From a virus, in the IMG/VR virus record IMGVR_UViG_3300049929_000026, positions 1 to 64,000 of that record: a DNA stretch of 64,000 nucleotides. One strand, 5' to 3'. Of this stretch, positions 10,235-20,415 are shown one piece after another. The notes beneath the pieces were generated by a model. That model was not told the origin of the DNA, did no database searches, and was given only the letters and a program-made list of their open reading frames with translations. Every line of letters starts with the position of its first letter. Positions within the stretch are counted from its first letter, which is position 1. A program made the position numbers and the translations under genes.

Positions 10235-10531
10235 GTGTCTGATTGGAAAGTGTGGTGCCCCGAGCGCGGCGAAACAATCGGTGACGCGAGGCTAGTGGGC
10301 TATGACGGTGGATTTAGCGAGGTCGCCGAATACTACGCGAAGTACTTAGCCGGCTTCAACGGTGACCCGTTCGAGCAAATCACGCTGCACGTGCTGAATG
10401 CGCGCGACCCAGAGGGCTACACCCGCCAAGTAACAGTGACCGTCGAGGTTCAGCCCGTGTTCTCTGCTGGGAGCGCGCTGCTGGTTTCTGACTTGCTCGC
10501 GCTTAGGGAAAAGGAGGCTGACCGTGGCTGA
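10235..10531 (+). CDS. hypothetical protein
   Basis: AAGGAGG RBS, GTG at 10235. Confidence 0.6.
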   Translation: MSDWKVWCPERGETIGDARLVGYDGGFSEVAEYYAKYLAGFNGDPFEQITLHVLNARDPEGYTRQVTVTVEVQPVFSAGSALLVSDLLALREKEADRG

Positions 10532-10772
10532 GCGCCTCATCGTCCACGGCATCACCGTCGAAGCGTGGGCAGCTCGCTACGATATCGAGCCCACTACCGT
10601 GCCCTGTCACGCCTGCGGAGCGCCGAAAACCACGAGTATGCCGTTTGTACAAGGAGCGCTGCGCGGGTTGGCGTCGCCTCCGTGCATGTGTGGAGACGAC
10701 AGTAGGGCACCGTATTGTCTGGTTCGCGACCCGAAACACGGTGACCTACTTGATGGAGACCTACTCCGATGA
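10524..10772 (+). CDS. hypothetical zinc-binding protein
   Basis: AAGGAGG RBS; CHACG and CMCG motifs. Confidence 0.6.
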   Translation: MAERLIVHGITVEAWAARYDIEPTTVPCHACGAPKTTSMPFVQGALRGLASPPCMCGDDSRAPYCLVRDPKHGDLLDGDLLR

Positions 10773-12316
10773 CCACCAAACCGAAACCCGATAAGCCGAG
10801 CGACTTTTACCAACGCTGGATACTCAACGGGCACACTCGCGAGCGCGCCATGCACGAAGTTCTGCTCACCTACCTCGACAAGCAGCAATCCGCTCTCGTT
10901 TATGCAGAACAAGAGTCGTATAAACGAACTACAACTGAGGCCGCGCCACCAGCTCAGCCCGTGGCAGCGGAGCCTATTCCGGCGCGACTGCCGTGCCCCG
11001 GGTGTCACCGGCTGCACTTGGACGAGGGAGAATTCGCCACCAAGGCGCACCACACCCATTCTTGTCAGTATTGCGGACTCACGTGGCGCCCAGCTATCGT
11101 CGCGACTGTCGGCGTCGAGTTCCTGCCCGGGTTCAAGAATGAGCCCGTGGCAGCGGATCCGATTATCCGAGCGGCTCAAGGGGTAGCACTGGATCCTGGC
11201 GAGTATGAGATCGTTGAGATTGCTTCATGGTGCCTGCAGCCGGTTCACAAACTAGGTGACCACTTTCACATCGTAAGCGGCATTTCGGCGGGCGTGAGCA
11301 TCGACGGCCTGGGTAATTGGCGCTTCGAGCTTTGGCGCGGCGACGAGGTGACGTTCATGACTGCTGTACGTCGCATAAAGAAGGCAGCGGAGCCAGCAGT
11401 ACCGGTAGCGGGGGAGCCGGCTGGGGCCGCGTTGCTTTGGAAAATGTTCGGCAACCGCATGAGCGATGAGCGCTACTGCCACATGATCAACGGTGCAGAA
11501 GCTAGGTCAATTGTTGACGAGCGCGCGAGGCTCGCTCACGAGCGACACGAAGCCCTCGCGCAGGTAGAGGCGCTGACAAAAGAGCAGGGCGAGCTAAAGG
11601 GGATGTTCCAGCAAGCGCACGGCGTCCACCATTCTTGGGTCGAGGCTGCGCAAAAAGGCGACAAGATGCAGCGCGCTCTCGCTGAAGCCCTCGGTATGAT
11701 GAACGAGCCCGACAACGCCCTAGCGTGGCCGGCTTCGTGGGGCGAGTTGCTTGCCGCAGCCGTCAATCGCTCCGCCGCCCTCACCGCAGCCAACGAGAGG
11801 ACTGAGCGGCTGGAGGCGGAGCTTGCCCTGCGTGCACCCATTGTAGATGGCGTAAGGAAGCTGCTCGAGACGTGGAATTCTACCGCTGCCGACACGTGGG
11901 TGCCTTGGCTCAGGCCCGCTCTGAAAAACCTCGATGCACACATCGCTGAACTCGCCGCCCCCGTAGCCACTGGAGAGCGGGCGGAAGGCGAGACGGTCTG
12001 CCGATGGTGTGAAAAACCAAAGAGTGAGCACTTCGACCGATTCGGAACCGGCGTATCGGTCGGTCCAGGGCCGATGATGTGTGCCGGCTGGACACCACCA
12101 ACGCCCGCCACTGGCGGGGAGACGGCCACCTGCCAGTGGTACACGATTCCGGACATGATGACCGGTGAAGGCACTAGCGAATCATGTAGCCAGCCAGCGA
12201 CTTGGCGCGGGTGTGAGGGGCTTACGTGTGCAAAGCACAAGTGCCGGTGCGCGAAGCCGGTGACGGTTGCCACCTCTCCGGCAATTCCGGATAGCTCGAC
12301 TGGAGGGGAGCCGTGA
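10769..12316 (+). CDS. mosaic accessory protein
   Basis: 515-aa ORF; small Cys/His modules separated by PVA(A/G/T)xP-like linkers. Confidence 0.65.
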   Translation: MTTKPKPDKPSDFYQRWILNGHTRERAMHEVLLTYLDKQQSALVYAEQESYKRTTTEAAPPAQPVAAEPIPARLPCPGCHRLHLDEGEFATKAHHTHSCQYCGLTWRPAIVATVGVEFLPGFKNEPVAADPIIRAAQGVALDPGEYEIVEIASWCLQPVHKLGDHFHIVSGISAGVSIDGLGNWRFELWRGDEVTFMTAVRRIKKAAEPAVPVAGEPAGAALLWKMFGNRMSDERYCHMINGAEARSIVDERARLAHERHEALAQVEALTKEQGELKGMFQQAHGVHHSWVEAAQKGDKMQRALAEALGMMNEPDNALAWPASWGELLAAAVNRSAALTAANERTERLEAELALRAPIVDGVRKLLETWNSTAADTWVPWLRPALKNLDAHIAELAAPVATGERAEGETVCRWCEKPKSEHFDRFGTGVSVGPGPMMCAGWTPPTPATGGETATCQWYTIPDMMTGEGTSESCSQPATWRGCEGLTCAKHKCRCAKPVTVATSPAIPDSSTGGEP

Positions 12317-14479
12317 GCAAAATATACGTCATCGGCGTTGAGCCAGAACCGTTCGAGATTTGCGTCGTGGCTGATTCTTACGAAGAAGCGAAGGCGGTAG
12401 CCAAAAAGTACGCGCGGTCGGAGCACGACAATCTCGTGCCAGAGCTTCATATTGGCGTAATCGGTCCGGCGCGTACGGTATCGCACCACGCCACTCGCCG
12501 GGAACCTGCTCTAGCCGGTGCGCCTCGACCGCGTCGCGACATCGACCGCGAAGTGGAGGCGTACTTCGCTGAGCCCCTCCCCGCAGTCGAGACGGAGCGG
12601 AAGCCGTGAGCGACATCGTGATCACCCGCCGCGAGCGCGACGTGCACCGGTATAACCGCCGCTGGCAGCGCGGCGGCATCTACGGAAACAGCATCGACTC
12701 AGCCGCAGGCAAAGAGCTTGACCGGCAAGCCTGGGTCTTCGGCGTCCGCCGCAACGGCGCTCGCTTGTTCGGCTGGCTTTTGCCGTGGCCACAGCGTGAC
12801 GAGACGCTGCGCAAGCGCGCGCATCTGGCATACCAAGGAAGCGCCGGGGCCATGCATTCACAACGTTTGGTGCGGATACAACGACGGCGTCAAGTGCGGA
12901 GACTGCGGAGAGTGGCTTTGCTGGGTGCCAAGTGTCGAGGGGATGCGCTTGTTCACCACTGTGCTGGGAAAGGATGAGCCGTGACCAAGCATTGGCCGCG
13001 CCGCGCGGGCGGAAAGACCCCGGCTCAAACCGCGCTCATGCTGCTCCGTGACCTAAACACGACGCGCTTGACGCGCGATGGCTTCCAGGGGCCGCTCGTT
13101 GAGGAGGCGCTCGAGATTTACGACATGGATCGCGGGTATTCGACGCGGGCTCTCAAGGTTGAGCGGGTCGCCCGCGCCATCGAAAGGAAGGCAAAGAAGT
13201 GAAGCCAATGCGTTGCTACCCAATCGACCGCCTCCGCAAAGTGCGCGTCACGTCGAAGCGAGTCGTCTACCTGGAGTGGTTACAGCTCATCGCGAGCGGA
13301 GAGGCTGGATTCGAACATGCCGCATGGTGAAGAACTCAAGGCGCCCGTCAAAATAGAGACGGTCATCGAGCGCAACAGGACATCCGGTAAATATGAGGTG
13401 CGCGTGCAGTTCGATGACGGTAGATGTGTTTGGTCCGAGCTTACTGCGCGACGGAGAGACACGGCCACCAAAGAGGCCTCAGCGGCGATCGCTCTGATCA
13501 TGAAGACCCGCGCCGAACTGCTTGAAGCCCAGGCGCTAGAACTGATAAATAAGGCGAACTTTTTGCGCGCGTGCGCCCGCGTCAGGGGAGTGATGTGAAT
13601 GCCCGCGTACACCGAACCCAAGACGCCATCACTGGCGGAGGACCTGGAAACGCTCGGCGACTTCTTGCGCCGTCAATACCACGACGTGATGTCACCAGAC
13701 GCCGAGCGAGCGCTGGCAGACCGAGAGCATCTACTGGAGGCGGCAACGCTGCTTGAGCGCCACATCCGCGAGGGCCACGACGCTGGCTTGTTCGTTACCG
13801 GAGCCCGTGACCGGTGGTGGAGAGCCGAGCGCGCACGAAAGGGCAAACCATGAGCGAACCCAAAGCCATCTACGTCGTGACAGGTGATTGTGGCGATTAC
13901 TACTGCGACGGCGCCGTTAGCTCCAGGATGCGGCGCGGCGTAACCGGTGTCGCGCTACTGGCGCCTCCTACCCCGCGAGCGCAGCGCAGATGGCCAGCCA
14001 AGTACACCCAACCCAAGGAGCCGACGAGTGGCTGACCGCAAAAACGAGACCCGCGACAATTTCCGCAAGGAACTCAAGCTCGGCGCAGTCGAGATCGTGC
14101 TCGTTTCGTATCCGGCCAAGATGGCGGCTTTCGCCGCGGGCGATCAGCTTATTGCGGCGCAAATTGCAGAGCTCCGCGCGTTCGCCGATGCACTCGAGGC
14201 AACGCCGAGCATGAAGAGGCCAGGCAACTGATGCCTAACCCCACAATCGAAGAAGACCTGGCTACCCTGAAACACGCCCTCAACAAAGCAGCCATGCTCA
14301 ACAGCACCTTGCCCGCGTTTGATGCACTGGACCGCGTCGCGGCTGCTCTCAAAGAGCCCATCGCCGCACGCCTAGCCTTGCTCGACGAGCTAATCGCCCT
14401 GGACGACGCGAGTCCGGGGGCGCTGTCGGTCTATCAGGCGGTGGGCGCGTTGCGGGAGAAGTATGGGAAACCCCGCTGA
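12313..14479 (+). other. cluster of short, mostly coupled hypothetical genes (12313-12609, 12606-12977, 12981-13202, 13317-13598, 13599-13853, 14028-14231, 14231-14479)
   Basis: Chain of overlapping or adjacent start/stop codons on + strand; no recognisable domains. Confidence 0.5.
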
Positions 14480-14513
14480 ATCCCGCCCATTGTCGATTTG
14501 CGCAAATACTTGT

Positions 14514-14541
14514 TGCGAGCGCTGGGCCTAGCGCTCATACT
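14514..14541 (+). promoter_or_regulatory. sigma70-like promoter with palindromic operator in the spacer
   Basis: TTGCGA-17 nt-CATACT; GAGCGCT-gggcct-AGCGCTC inverted repeat between the boxes. Confidence 0.6.
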
Positions 14542-14613
14542 GTCTCTCGTCAGCAAAACGAAACGCCCCGCGGTACACCCGGGGCGCGGTCCAACTGAGT
14601 AGGAGTCGAGACA

Positions 14614-14823
14614 ATGGCAAATCTAATCGAAAACAGCGGGCTCTGCACTCACGTCCAGTTCTCCCGCGAGAGTCGCGGCTATCCGGGCAGCGCCGAGCAG
14701 TGGGAGGCCTACCTTGCTGCCGGCGGTCTAGCTATCACGACTCGGTTGCTGGCGCGTGAGCACGCGGACTGCGCACAATGCGGCGCATTGTTGGCTGTGC
14801 TGGAGTCGGAGGTGCAGTCATGA
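14614..14823 (+). CDS. hypothetical protein
   Basis: AGGAG RBS, follows a promoter and leader hairpin. Confidence 0.55.
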   Translation: MANLIENSGLCTHVQFSRESRGYPGSAEQWEAYLAAGGLAITTRLLAREHADCAQCGALLAVLESEVQS

Positions 14824-15101
14824 GCCCCGCGCAAGCCATCGCAACACAGCACGGCCTGAGCGTCGTACACGCCGAGGAGGTGCTGCGGGCGCTCGACCTC
14901 ACGGACGCGCAGGATCTGGCCTATGTGACTTTACATCCGGAGCGAGTGGTGCCGCTGGAACGCATCACTGGCAGCGGTGGTTGGGTCGTCTGGTTTGACG
15001 CGCACGACACGGCGATCGCCGTCACCAACGGCGCAGCACAGCATGGTGATAGCCTCACGTCGCTCGCGGCGGCGGTCGAGTGGGCGAGCGAGGTCGAGCA
15101 G

Positions 15102-15490
15102 TGACCAAGCGGACCACCGGTGTGGCGCTGCCCGCTCCTGGCTCCGACCCCGGCCAACACCTGCCAGCCCTCGCGCGTGCCGCGGCCGACAAAGCCCGCC
15201 CTCGCAAAACCCCTCTTATGCGCAGCGAGGCCCTGGCGGCATGCCCCTGGGATGCCTCAATGCCGGCAGCCTGGGAGCGCGAGACACGCGCGGTGTACGC
15301 TGACCGGCTCGTGGAGCGCGGGCTGGCGCTGCCGGCGAAGGCGGGCGGCGGGAGCGGGGCCAGTGGCGCGACTAAGCTGGTACAGTGTCGTCTCTACCTC
15401 AGCGAACAAGAGCAGGCCGCGCAGCAAGCGGCGGCGAGGGCGGCAGGGCTGTCGTGGTCGAGCTGGGCGCGGAGGAAGTTGGCGACGTGA
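15102..15490 (+). CDS. protein with putative C-terminal ribbon-helix-helix domain
   Basis: VQCRLYLSEQEQAAQQAAARAAGLSWSSWARRKL resembles RHH/MobC-type domains; start uncertain. Confidence 0.5.
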
Positions 15491-15587
15491 TCACTGTTAC
15501 CCACGATGAGCCTACCCCGCCAGGTGGTCACTTGACAGCTAGTGTATTGCCGCGACAGCGTCGCGCGTAAGCGAGGAGTTTTTTTCA

Positions 15588-16193
15588 ATGAGTTACATAG
15601 CGACTACCGAACGGCTCGAAGCCGAGAACGAGCGCCTGCGCCAGCAGGTAACCGAGCTCCAGGAGAACAATACGCGACTGGTAGAAGAGCGGCGAGCCGA
15701 CGATCTATTTTGCCAGGTCTGGGAGTTTCAGAGCGCGATGAAAATACCGTGCTTCACCGGACCGCCGCTCACGCCAAGTGACGAGCGCGTCAGGCTGCGA
15801 CTGCGTCTGTCTGCCGAGGAATTCTTCGAGCAGCTGGAATCCTGCTTTACTGAGCCGCTGGCAGAAATGGATCCGACACCGTCAGTCGAGACCAATCACC
15901 AAGTCAACGCGCTTCAGCGGCTGGCTAGTGCCGTGCTCACGCTGATCGATACGTTTAAACTGCACGTGAACCTGCCCGAACTCGTCGATTCGTGGTGTGA
16001 TATGAACTATATCCACCAGGGGTCTGCCATCGAGTTCGGCGTCGACCTGAAGCCGATCGCGCGCGAGGTTCACGCCGCCAACGTGGCGAAGCTAGGCGGC
16101 AAAGTGCGCGAGGACGGCAAGATTTTGAAACCGGAAAATTGGACCGCGCCAGACGTCACCGGCCTTCTTCGACAACAGGGATGGCGGGGATGA
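15588..16193 (+). CDS. MazG-like / PRA-PH nucleotide pyrophosphohydrolase
   Basis: RLRLSAEEFFE, ELVDSWCD, EVHAANVAK..REDGKILKPENW. Confidence 0.85.
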   Translation: MSYIATTERLEAENERLRQQVTELQENNTRLVEERRADDLFCQVWEFQSAMKIPCFTGPPLTPSDERVRLRLRLSAEEFFEQLESCFTEPLAEMDPTPSVETNHQVNALQRLASAVLTLIDTFKLHVNLPELVDSWCDMNYIHQGSAIEFGVDLKPIAREVHAANVAKLGGKVREDGKILKPENWTAPDVTGLLRQQGWRG

Positions 16194-16759
16194 ACCTTTG
16201 CAAATGCGGGTGCGGCAGAGAAGTCGACATATCGAAGAAGACTTACAAAAGAAAAGGACTACTCAGGGGGCAACCGAATGATTTCGTGCGCGGGCATCGA
16301 ATTACCACGATAAGGCTCCTGGAGAAGAGATGCGCGTGTGGCGCGGAGTTGCGCGCAACAAAGTCCAGTCGACAGTTTTGTGATGATTGTTTGCTAGCGA
16401 GACGTAAGGCCTCCGACAAGACCCGGCAGAAGGCCCGGAGACTTAAATCGGGGCACAAAGAGAAATATCGCGCTTGGTTTCTGAAAAAAACGTACGGCAT
16501 CACCGCGGAGGAGCACGCTGCGCTATTCGCGCAGCAGGGCAAATGTTGCGCAATCTGCGGAAGCAAAGAACCAAGGACCACGCGTTCTTGGCACGTTGAT
16601 CACGATCATGTCACCGGCGCGGTACGCGGTATTCTGTGCAACACTTGCAATTTGCTTTTAGGGAGGGCCCGCGATCGTGTCGATATACTCCAAGGCGCCA
16701 TCGCATATCTTAACGGCGCACAAGCAGCGAACCGGAGGCGCGTAGGATGCGCATCCTGA
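16190..16759 (+). CDS. endonuclease VII-domain homing endonuclease
   Basis: CKCGCG N-terminus; YGIT...QQGKCCAIC...HVDHDHVTGAVRGILCNTCN. Confidence 0.88.
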   Translation: MNLCKCGCGREVDISKKTYKRKGLLRGQPNDFVRGHRITTIRLLEKRCACGAELRATKSSRQFCDDCLLARRKASDKTRQKARRLKSGHKEKYRAWFLKKTYGITAEEHAALFAQQGKCCAICGSKEPRTTRSWHVDHDHVTGAVRGILCNTCNLLLGRARDRVDILQGAIAYLNGAQAANRRRVGCAS

Positions 16760-16805
16760 ACATAAACGTCGAGCGCATCCTGCGCGAGCAAGGCTGGCGC
16801 GGGCA

Positions 16806-17153
16806 ATGATCCACCCCGAGAGCCTCACGCAAGCGCAACACCGACGCTGCCGGGTCGCGTACGGGATCACGCCGCAGGCACTCGACCTGCTTGTTGCCTT
16901 GATGGCGCATGAGCGCCTCTACGGCCGTGGCCTGACGCGCAAGGAAGCAGCCGAGCTGCTCAACGTCACCGACGTCAACGCGGGCCCGTTGATTCGGCTC
17001 GGCTGGCTTATCGGAGATACCACGCCAGCGCCCAACCAGGTGCTTAGCGTGACCCAACTAGGGTGGCGGAAGGTGTGGCCGTGGAAGCTCGGTTGGCCAC
17101 CGGCCGACAACACGAGACGAAGTGCCGCAGGATCGCTAACCGACTCAATCTGA
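16806..17153 (+). CDS. hypothetical HTH-like protein
   Basis: LTRKEAAELLNV motif. Confidence 0.45.
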   Translation: MIHPESLTQAQHRRCRVAYGITPQALDLLVALMAHERLYGRGLTRKEAAELLNVTDVNAGPLIRLGWLIGDTTPAPNQVLSVTQLGWRKVWPWKLGWPPADNTRRSAAGSLTDSI

Positions 17154-17169
17154 AAAGGAAAGACAACCG

Positions 17170-18042
17170 ATGTTGAACAGATTCTCACTCGCCGCCCTGG
17201 TCTTTGCCATCGCAGGCTGCCAGCACCCGACCACCAACGTGACCGTTACGAACACCGCTGAAGTAGCGACGGTCAGCCCGCAGGACTTCGCGCTCGACAC
17301 CGTCATTGGCCTACTGCGCTCCGGCGTGAACGACGGCCCGACGCTCGAAGCCAAGATCAACGACCCGAGTTCTGGCATCAACAACGTCGACGTCGACAAG
17401 GACGGGAAGGTCGACTACGTGCAGGTGGTCGAGGCGCAGATCCCATCTGGAAAGAAGATGGAGCTGATTGCGCACGCTTCCAGCGGCTCGGTTCCGGACA
17501 CGTCGATCGCCGCGATCAAGTTCACGCAATCGGATACCGGCATTGACGCCCAGACAGGCTACGCGCCGCTGATTGATCCGGCGGGCCGCTACTACTACCA
17601 AGACCACCTGCTGGCGAACATGCTGTTTGCGCAGTGGCTGTTCATGCCATCGCGCCCGATGTATCTCGCTCCAGTGCCGATGGGATACGCCTACCGGTCC
17701 CGGATGGCGCCCACGGTCTTCACACAGACGCGGAGCTCGTTTACGACGTCGAGCCGCGTTTCTCCGATCGTGAGCCAACCGCGCCCCGCTAGCTTCAACG
17801 CCGGGCGGCTGACGTCGCCACCGCGCGCGCCGTCCACAACGTTTGGGCAGGCCGCGAAAGGAACCTCAGGATTCAGCGTCGATTCACGCTCGAAGCCGCC
17901 GGCGACCGGGTTCGGCTCTACGAGCAGACCATCTTCGGGATCTTCATTCGGTGGCAGTTCACGCCCCTCATCGGGGTTTGGCGGCGGCTCTCGCCCGTCG
18001 TCTGGCTTTTCATCGTCGCCGTCTCGCGGGAGGTCGCGGTGA
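17170..18042 (+). CDS. lipoprotein with DxDxDG motif and Gly/Ser-rich tail
   Basis: AAGGA RBS, signal peptide and AIAG|C lipobox, DVDKDGKVDY. Confidence 0.8.
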   Translation: MLNRFSLAALVFAIAGCQHPTTNVTVTNTAEVATVSPQDFALDTVIGLLRSGVNDGPTLEAKINDPSSGINNVDVDKDGKVDYVQVVEAQIPSGKKMELIAHASSGSVPDTSIAAIKFTQSDTGIDAQTGYAPLIDPAGRYYYQDHLLANMLFAQWLFMPSRPMYLAPVPMGYAYRSRMAPTVFTQTRSSFTTSSRVSPIVSQPRPASFNAGRLTSPPRAPSTTFGQAAKGTSGFSVDSRSKPPATGFGSTSRPSSGSSFGGSSRPSSGFGGGSRPSSGFSSSPSRGRSR

Positions 18043-19040
18043 GCGCGAACTGGCGGAACGATGTCGTGGCACTTTCCGCGCTGTACCTGATGCTCGAACG
18101 CGGCCAGACGCTGAAGAGCGAAGGGAAGCTCAGTAACCCGATCTTCGTGCAGATGGAGAAGGCCGGACTCATTACCGACATGGGTCTGGAGTACGAGGTA
18201 ACTGACGTCGGGCGGGAGGCAGTGAAGCGTGCGGTGGCAGCTCAGGACGTGCTGCGGCAGATGGAGATCTTTGCGTGCGTCGACGTGACGCGCGCACTCA
18301 CCCAGAACGAAGCGAGCCCATTCGCTGATGAAGCCGGGCAAGTCCGCGCGGAGGTTTGGGATCCTCGCTTCGCCGCAGACAATCCCAACGCCTTCGATAT
18401 GCGGCTGGCTGTAATCACTTGGCTCGGTGAGACAGTGACCAAGAAGCCAGTGGTGCCCGAGACGATCGTCTTCCTGCAAAAGCTCGGCAGCGGCCAGCTA
18501 TCTATCGAACTGTTCTGGTCCGATGTTCGCAAGACGCTTGACGAGGTCGAAGCCGTTGTGGCGAGCGCCTACAAGTGGCAGGACGCGGCGCCCGGTGACG
18601 TGCAAGCCGCCGACAAGGCGATGAGGGCCATCTATGCGGCTGGCCAGCTCGAGCAGCGCAAACGCGAGGGCACAACATGCGGCGGATGCGGAATACCGCT
18701 CGTGGTATTCGAACAGCAGGCGGCCGCGCGCGGAGAGGACCTCGGCGGTTGCCCGGAGTGCCTCAGAATATTCCCGCCGGCGGAAGCTACTGGGCTGTCC
18801 TGCCCGAAGTGCAAGTCCGTCATCTACGAAGATGACGCACACTGCGGAGGCTGCGGGGCGACGATCGACTTCTCTTTGCCTACTGGCACCGTGCAGACAG
18901 ATACCACCGAAACGATCACCACTGAGCCTGTCTGGTCGAGTAGCTACGGCTATGTCTCGTACGGCTGGCTGGACCCGTGGAACCCAATCGCTGACGCCGT
19001 TGCGTTGAGCTATCTCTGTTACGATCCTTTTTGGATCTGA
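18039..19040 (+). CDS. hypothetical protein with double zinc ribbon
   Basis: Four CxxC motifs in the C-terminal half. Confidence 0.7.
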   Translation: MSANWRNDVVALSALYLMLERGQTLKSEGKLSNPIFVQMEKAGLITDMGLEYEVTDVGREAVKRAVAAQDVLRQMEIFACVDVTRALTQNEASPFADEAGQVRAEVWDPRFAADNPNAFDMRLAVITWLGETVTKKPVVPETIVFLQKLGSGQLSIELFWSDVRKTLDEVEAVVASAYKWQDAAPGDVQAADKAMRAIYAAGQLEQRKREGTTCGGCGIPLVVFEQQAAARGEDLGGCPECLRIFPPAEATGLSCPKCKSVIYEDDAHCGGCGATIDFSLPTGTVQTDTTETITTEPVWSSSYGYVSYGWLDPWNPIADAVALSYLCYDPFWI

Positions 19041-19047
19041 GGGCAAC

Positions 19048-20283
19048 ATGCGAGTCATCAAAAAAGACAACGGCGTACCGATCAAGATGTGGACTGATGG
19101 TGTGCCGGTCGAAGAGTCGGCTCTCGAACAGGTCGGGAACGTCTCGACGTTGCCTTTCATCCACAGCCACGTCGCTTTGATGCCGGACGCTCACTGGGGG
19201 ATCGGAGCGACCGTTGGTAGCGTGATCCCAACGATTGGGGCCGTTATTCCTGCAGCTGTGGGCGTTGATTTGGGATGCGGAATGTGTGCCGTCAAGACGA
19301 CGCTCCGCGCCGCGGACCTTCCGGACAACCTGCTCGCCATGCGAAGTGCCATCGAGGCAGCGGTGCCTCACGGGCGCACGAACAACGGCGGCCCTGGCGA
19401 CCGCGGGGCGTGGGGCCACGTACCGAAACCCACGGCCGCTACTTGGTATGGCACTGGGTTGAGCGACCCGGACTCGCTTCGCTCACGGTTTGAACTTCTA
19501 TGTCACAGACATCCGACGATTGCGAAGTCGAACCACGTTCAGCACCTCGGCACGCTCGGCGGCGGCAACCATTTCGTCGAGGTCTGCCTCGACACCGAGG
19601 ACTGGGTGTGGGTGATGCTGCATTCCGGGTCGCGCGGAGTCGGCGGCCGCATCGGTTCTTACTTCATCGAGCTTGCCAAAGAGGACATGCGCAAGTGGTT
19701 CATCAACCTGCCCGACAAAGACCTGGCCTATTTTCCGGAAGGGACTGACCACTTCAACGATTACGTCGAAGCCGTTGAGTGGGCTCAGGACTTCGCGCGC
19801 GAGAACCGCCGGCTCATGTTGGACGCCACGCTGCGAGCGATCGAAACCGAACTCGGCAAGCCGTTCGCGCAGCTGGCCGCGGTGATTCAGTGCCACCACA
19901 ACTACATCAGTCGTGAGCGTCACTACGGCGAGAACGTGATCGTGACCCGCAAGGGCGCCGTCCGCGCACGCGAAGGAGAGCTCGGAATCATCCCGGGCAG
20001 CATGGGCGCCAAGTCGTTCATCGTGCGCGGGAAGGGCAACCGGGAGAGCTTCGAGTCCTGCTCGCACGGGGCGGGGCGGGCGATGTCACGGACTGAAGCG
20101 AAGCGCCGGTTCACGGTGGAAGACCACGCGGCGGCTACGGCCGGTGTGGAATGCCGAAAAGACGCCGAGGTGGTGGATGAGACACCGGCTGCCTACAAGA
20201 GCATTGACGATGTCATGCTTGCCCAGCGGGACCTCGTGGAGATCGTGGCTGAGCTAAAGCAGGTTCTATGCGTGAAGGGCTAG
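19048..20283 (+). CDS. rtcB: RtcB RNA ligase
   Basis: MPDAHWG, VGVDLGCGM, GTLGGGNHF, LHSGSRG, HHNY, PGSMG, SHGAGR, DETPAAYK. Confidence 0.97.
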   Translation: MRVIKKDNGVPIKMWTDGVPVEESALEQVGNVSTLPFIHSHVALMPDAHWGIGATVGSVIPTIGAVIPAAVGVDLGCGMCAVKTTLRAADLPDNLLAMRSAIEAAVPHGRTNNGGPGDRGAWGHVPKPTAATWYGTGLSDPDSLRSRFELLCHRHPTIAKSNHVQHLGTLGGGNHFVEVCLDTEDWVWVMLHSGSRGVGGRIGSYFIELAKEDMRKWFINLPDKDLAYFPEGTDHFNDYVEAVEWAQDFARENRRLMLDATLRAIETELGKPFAQLAAVIQCHHNYISRERHYGENVIVTRKGAVRAREGELGIIPGSMGAKSFIVRGKGNRESFESCSHGAGRAMSRTEAKRRFTVEDHAAATAGVECRKDAEVVDETPAAYKSIDDVMLAQRDLVEIVAELKQVLCVKG

Positions 20284-20415
20284 TCGCGCAGACAGTGGTC
20301 AGCTGACCGATTGCTGTGCTACAAGCAAAGGTGCCGACGCGTCGCTTGAACTCGACCGCCGGCGCGACCCGAAACAACGGGTAAATCGAGATTACCACAG
20401 AGGGATGGATCCACC

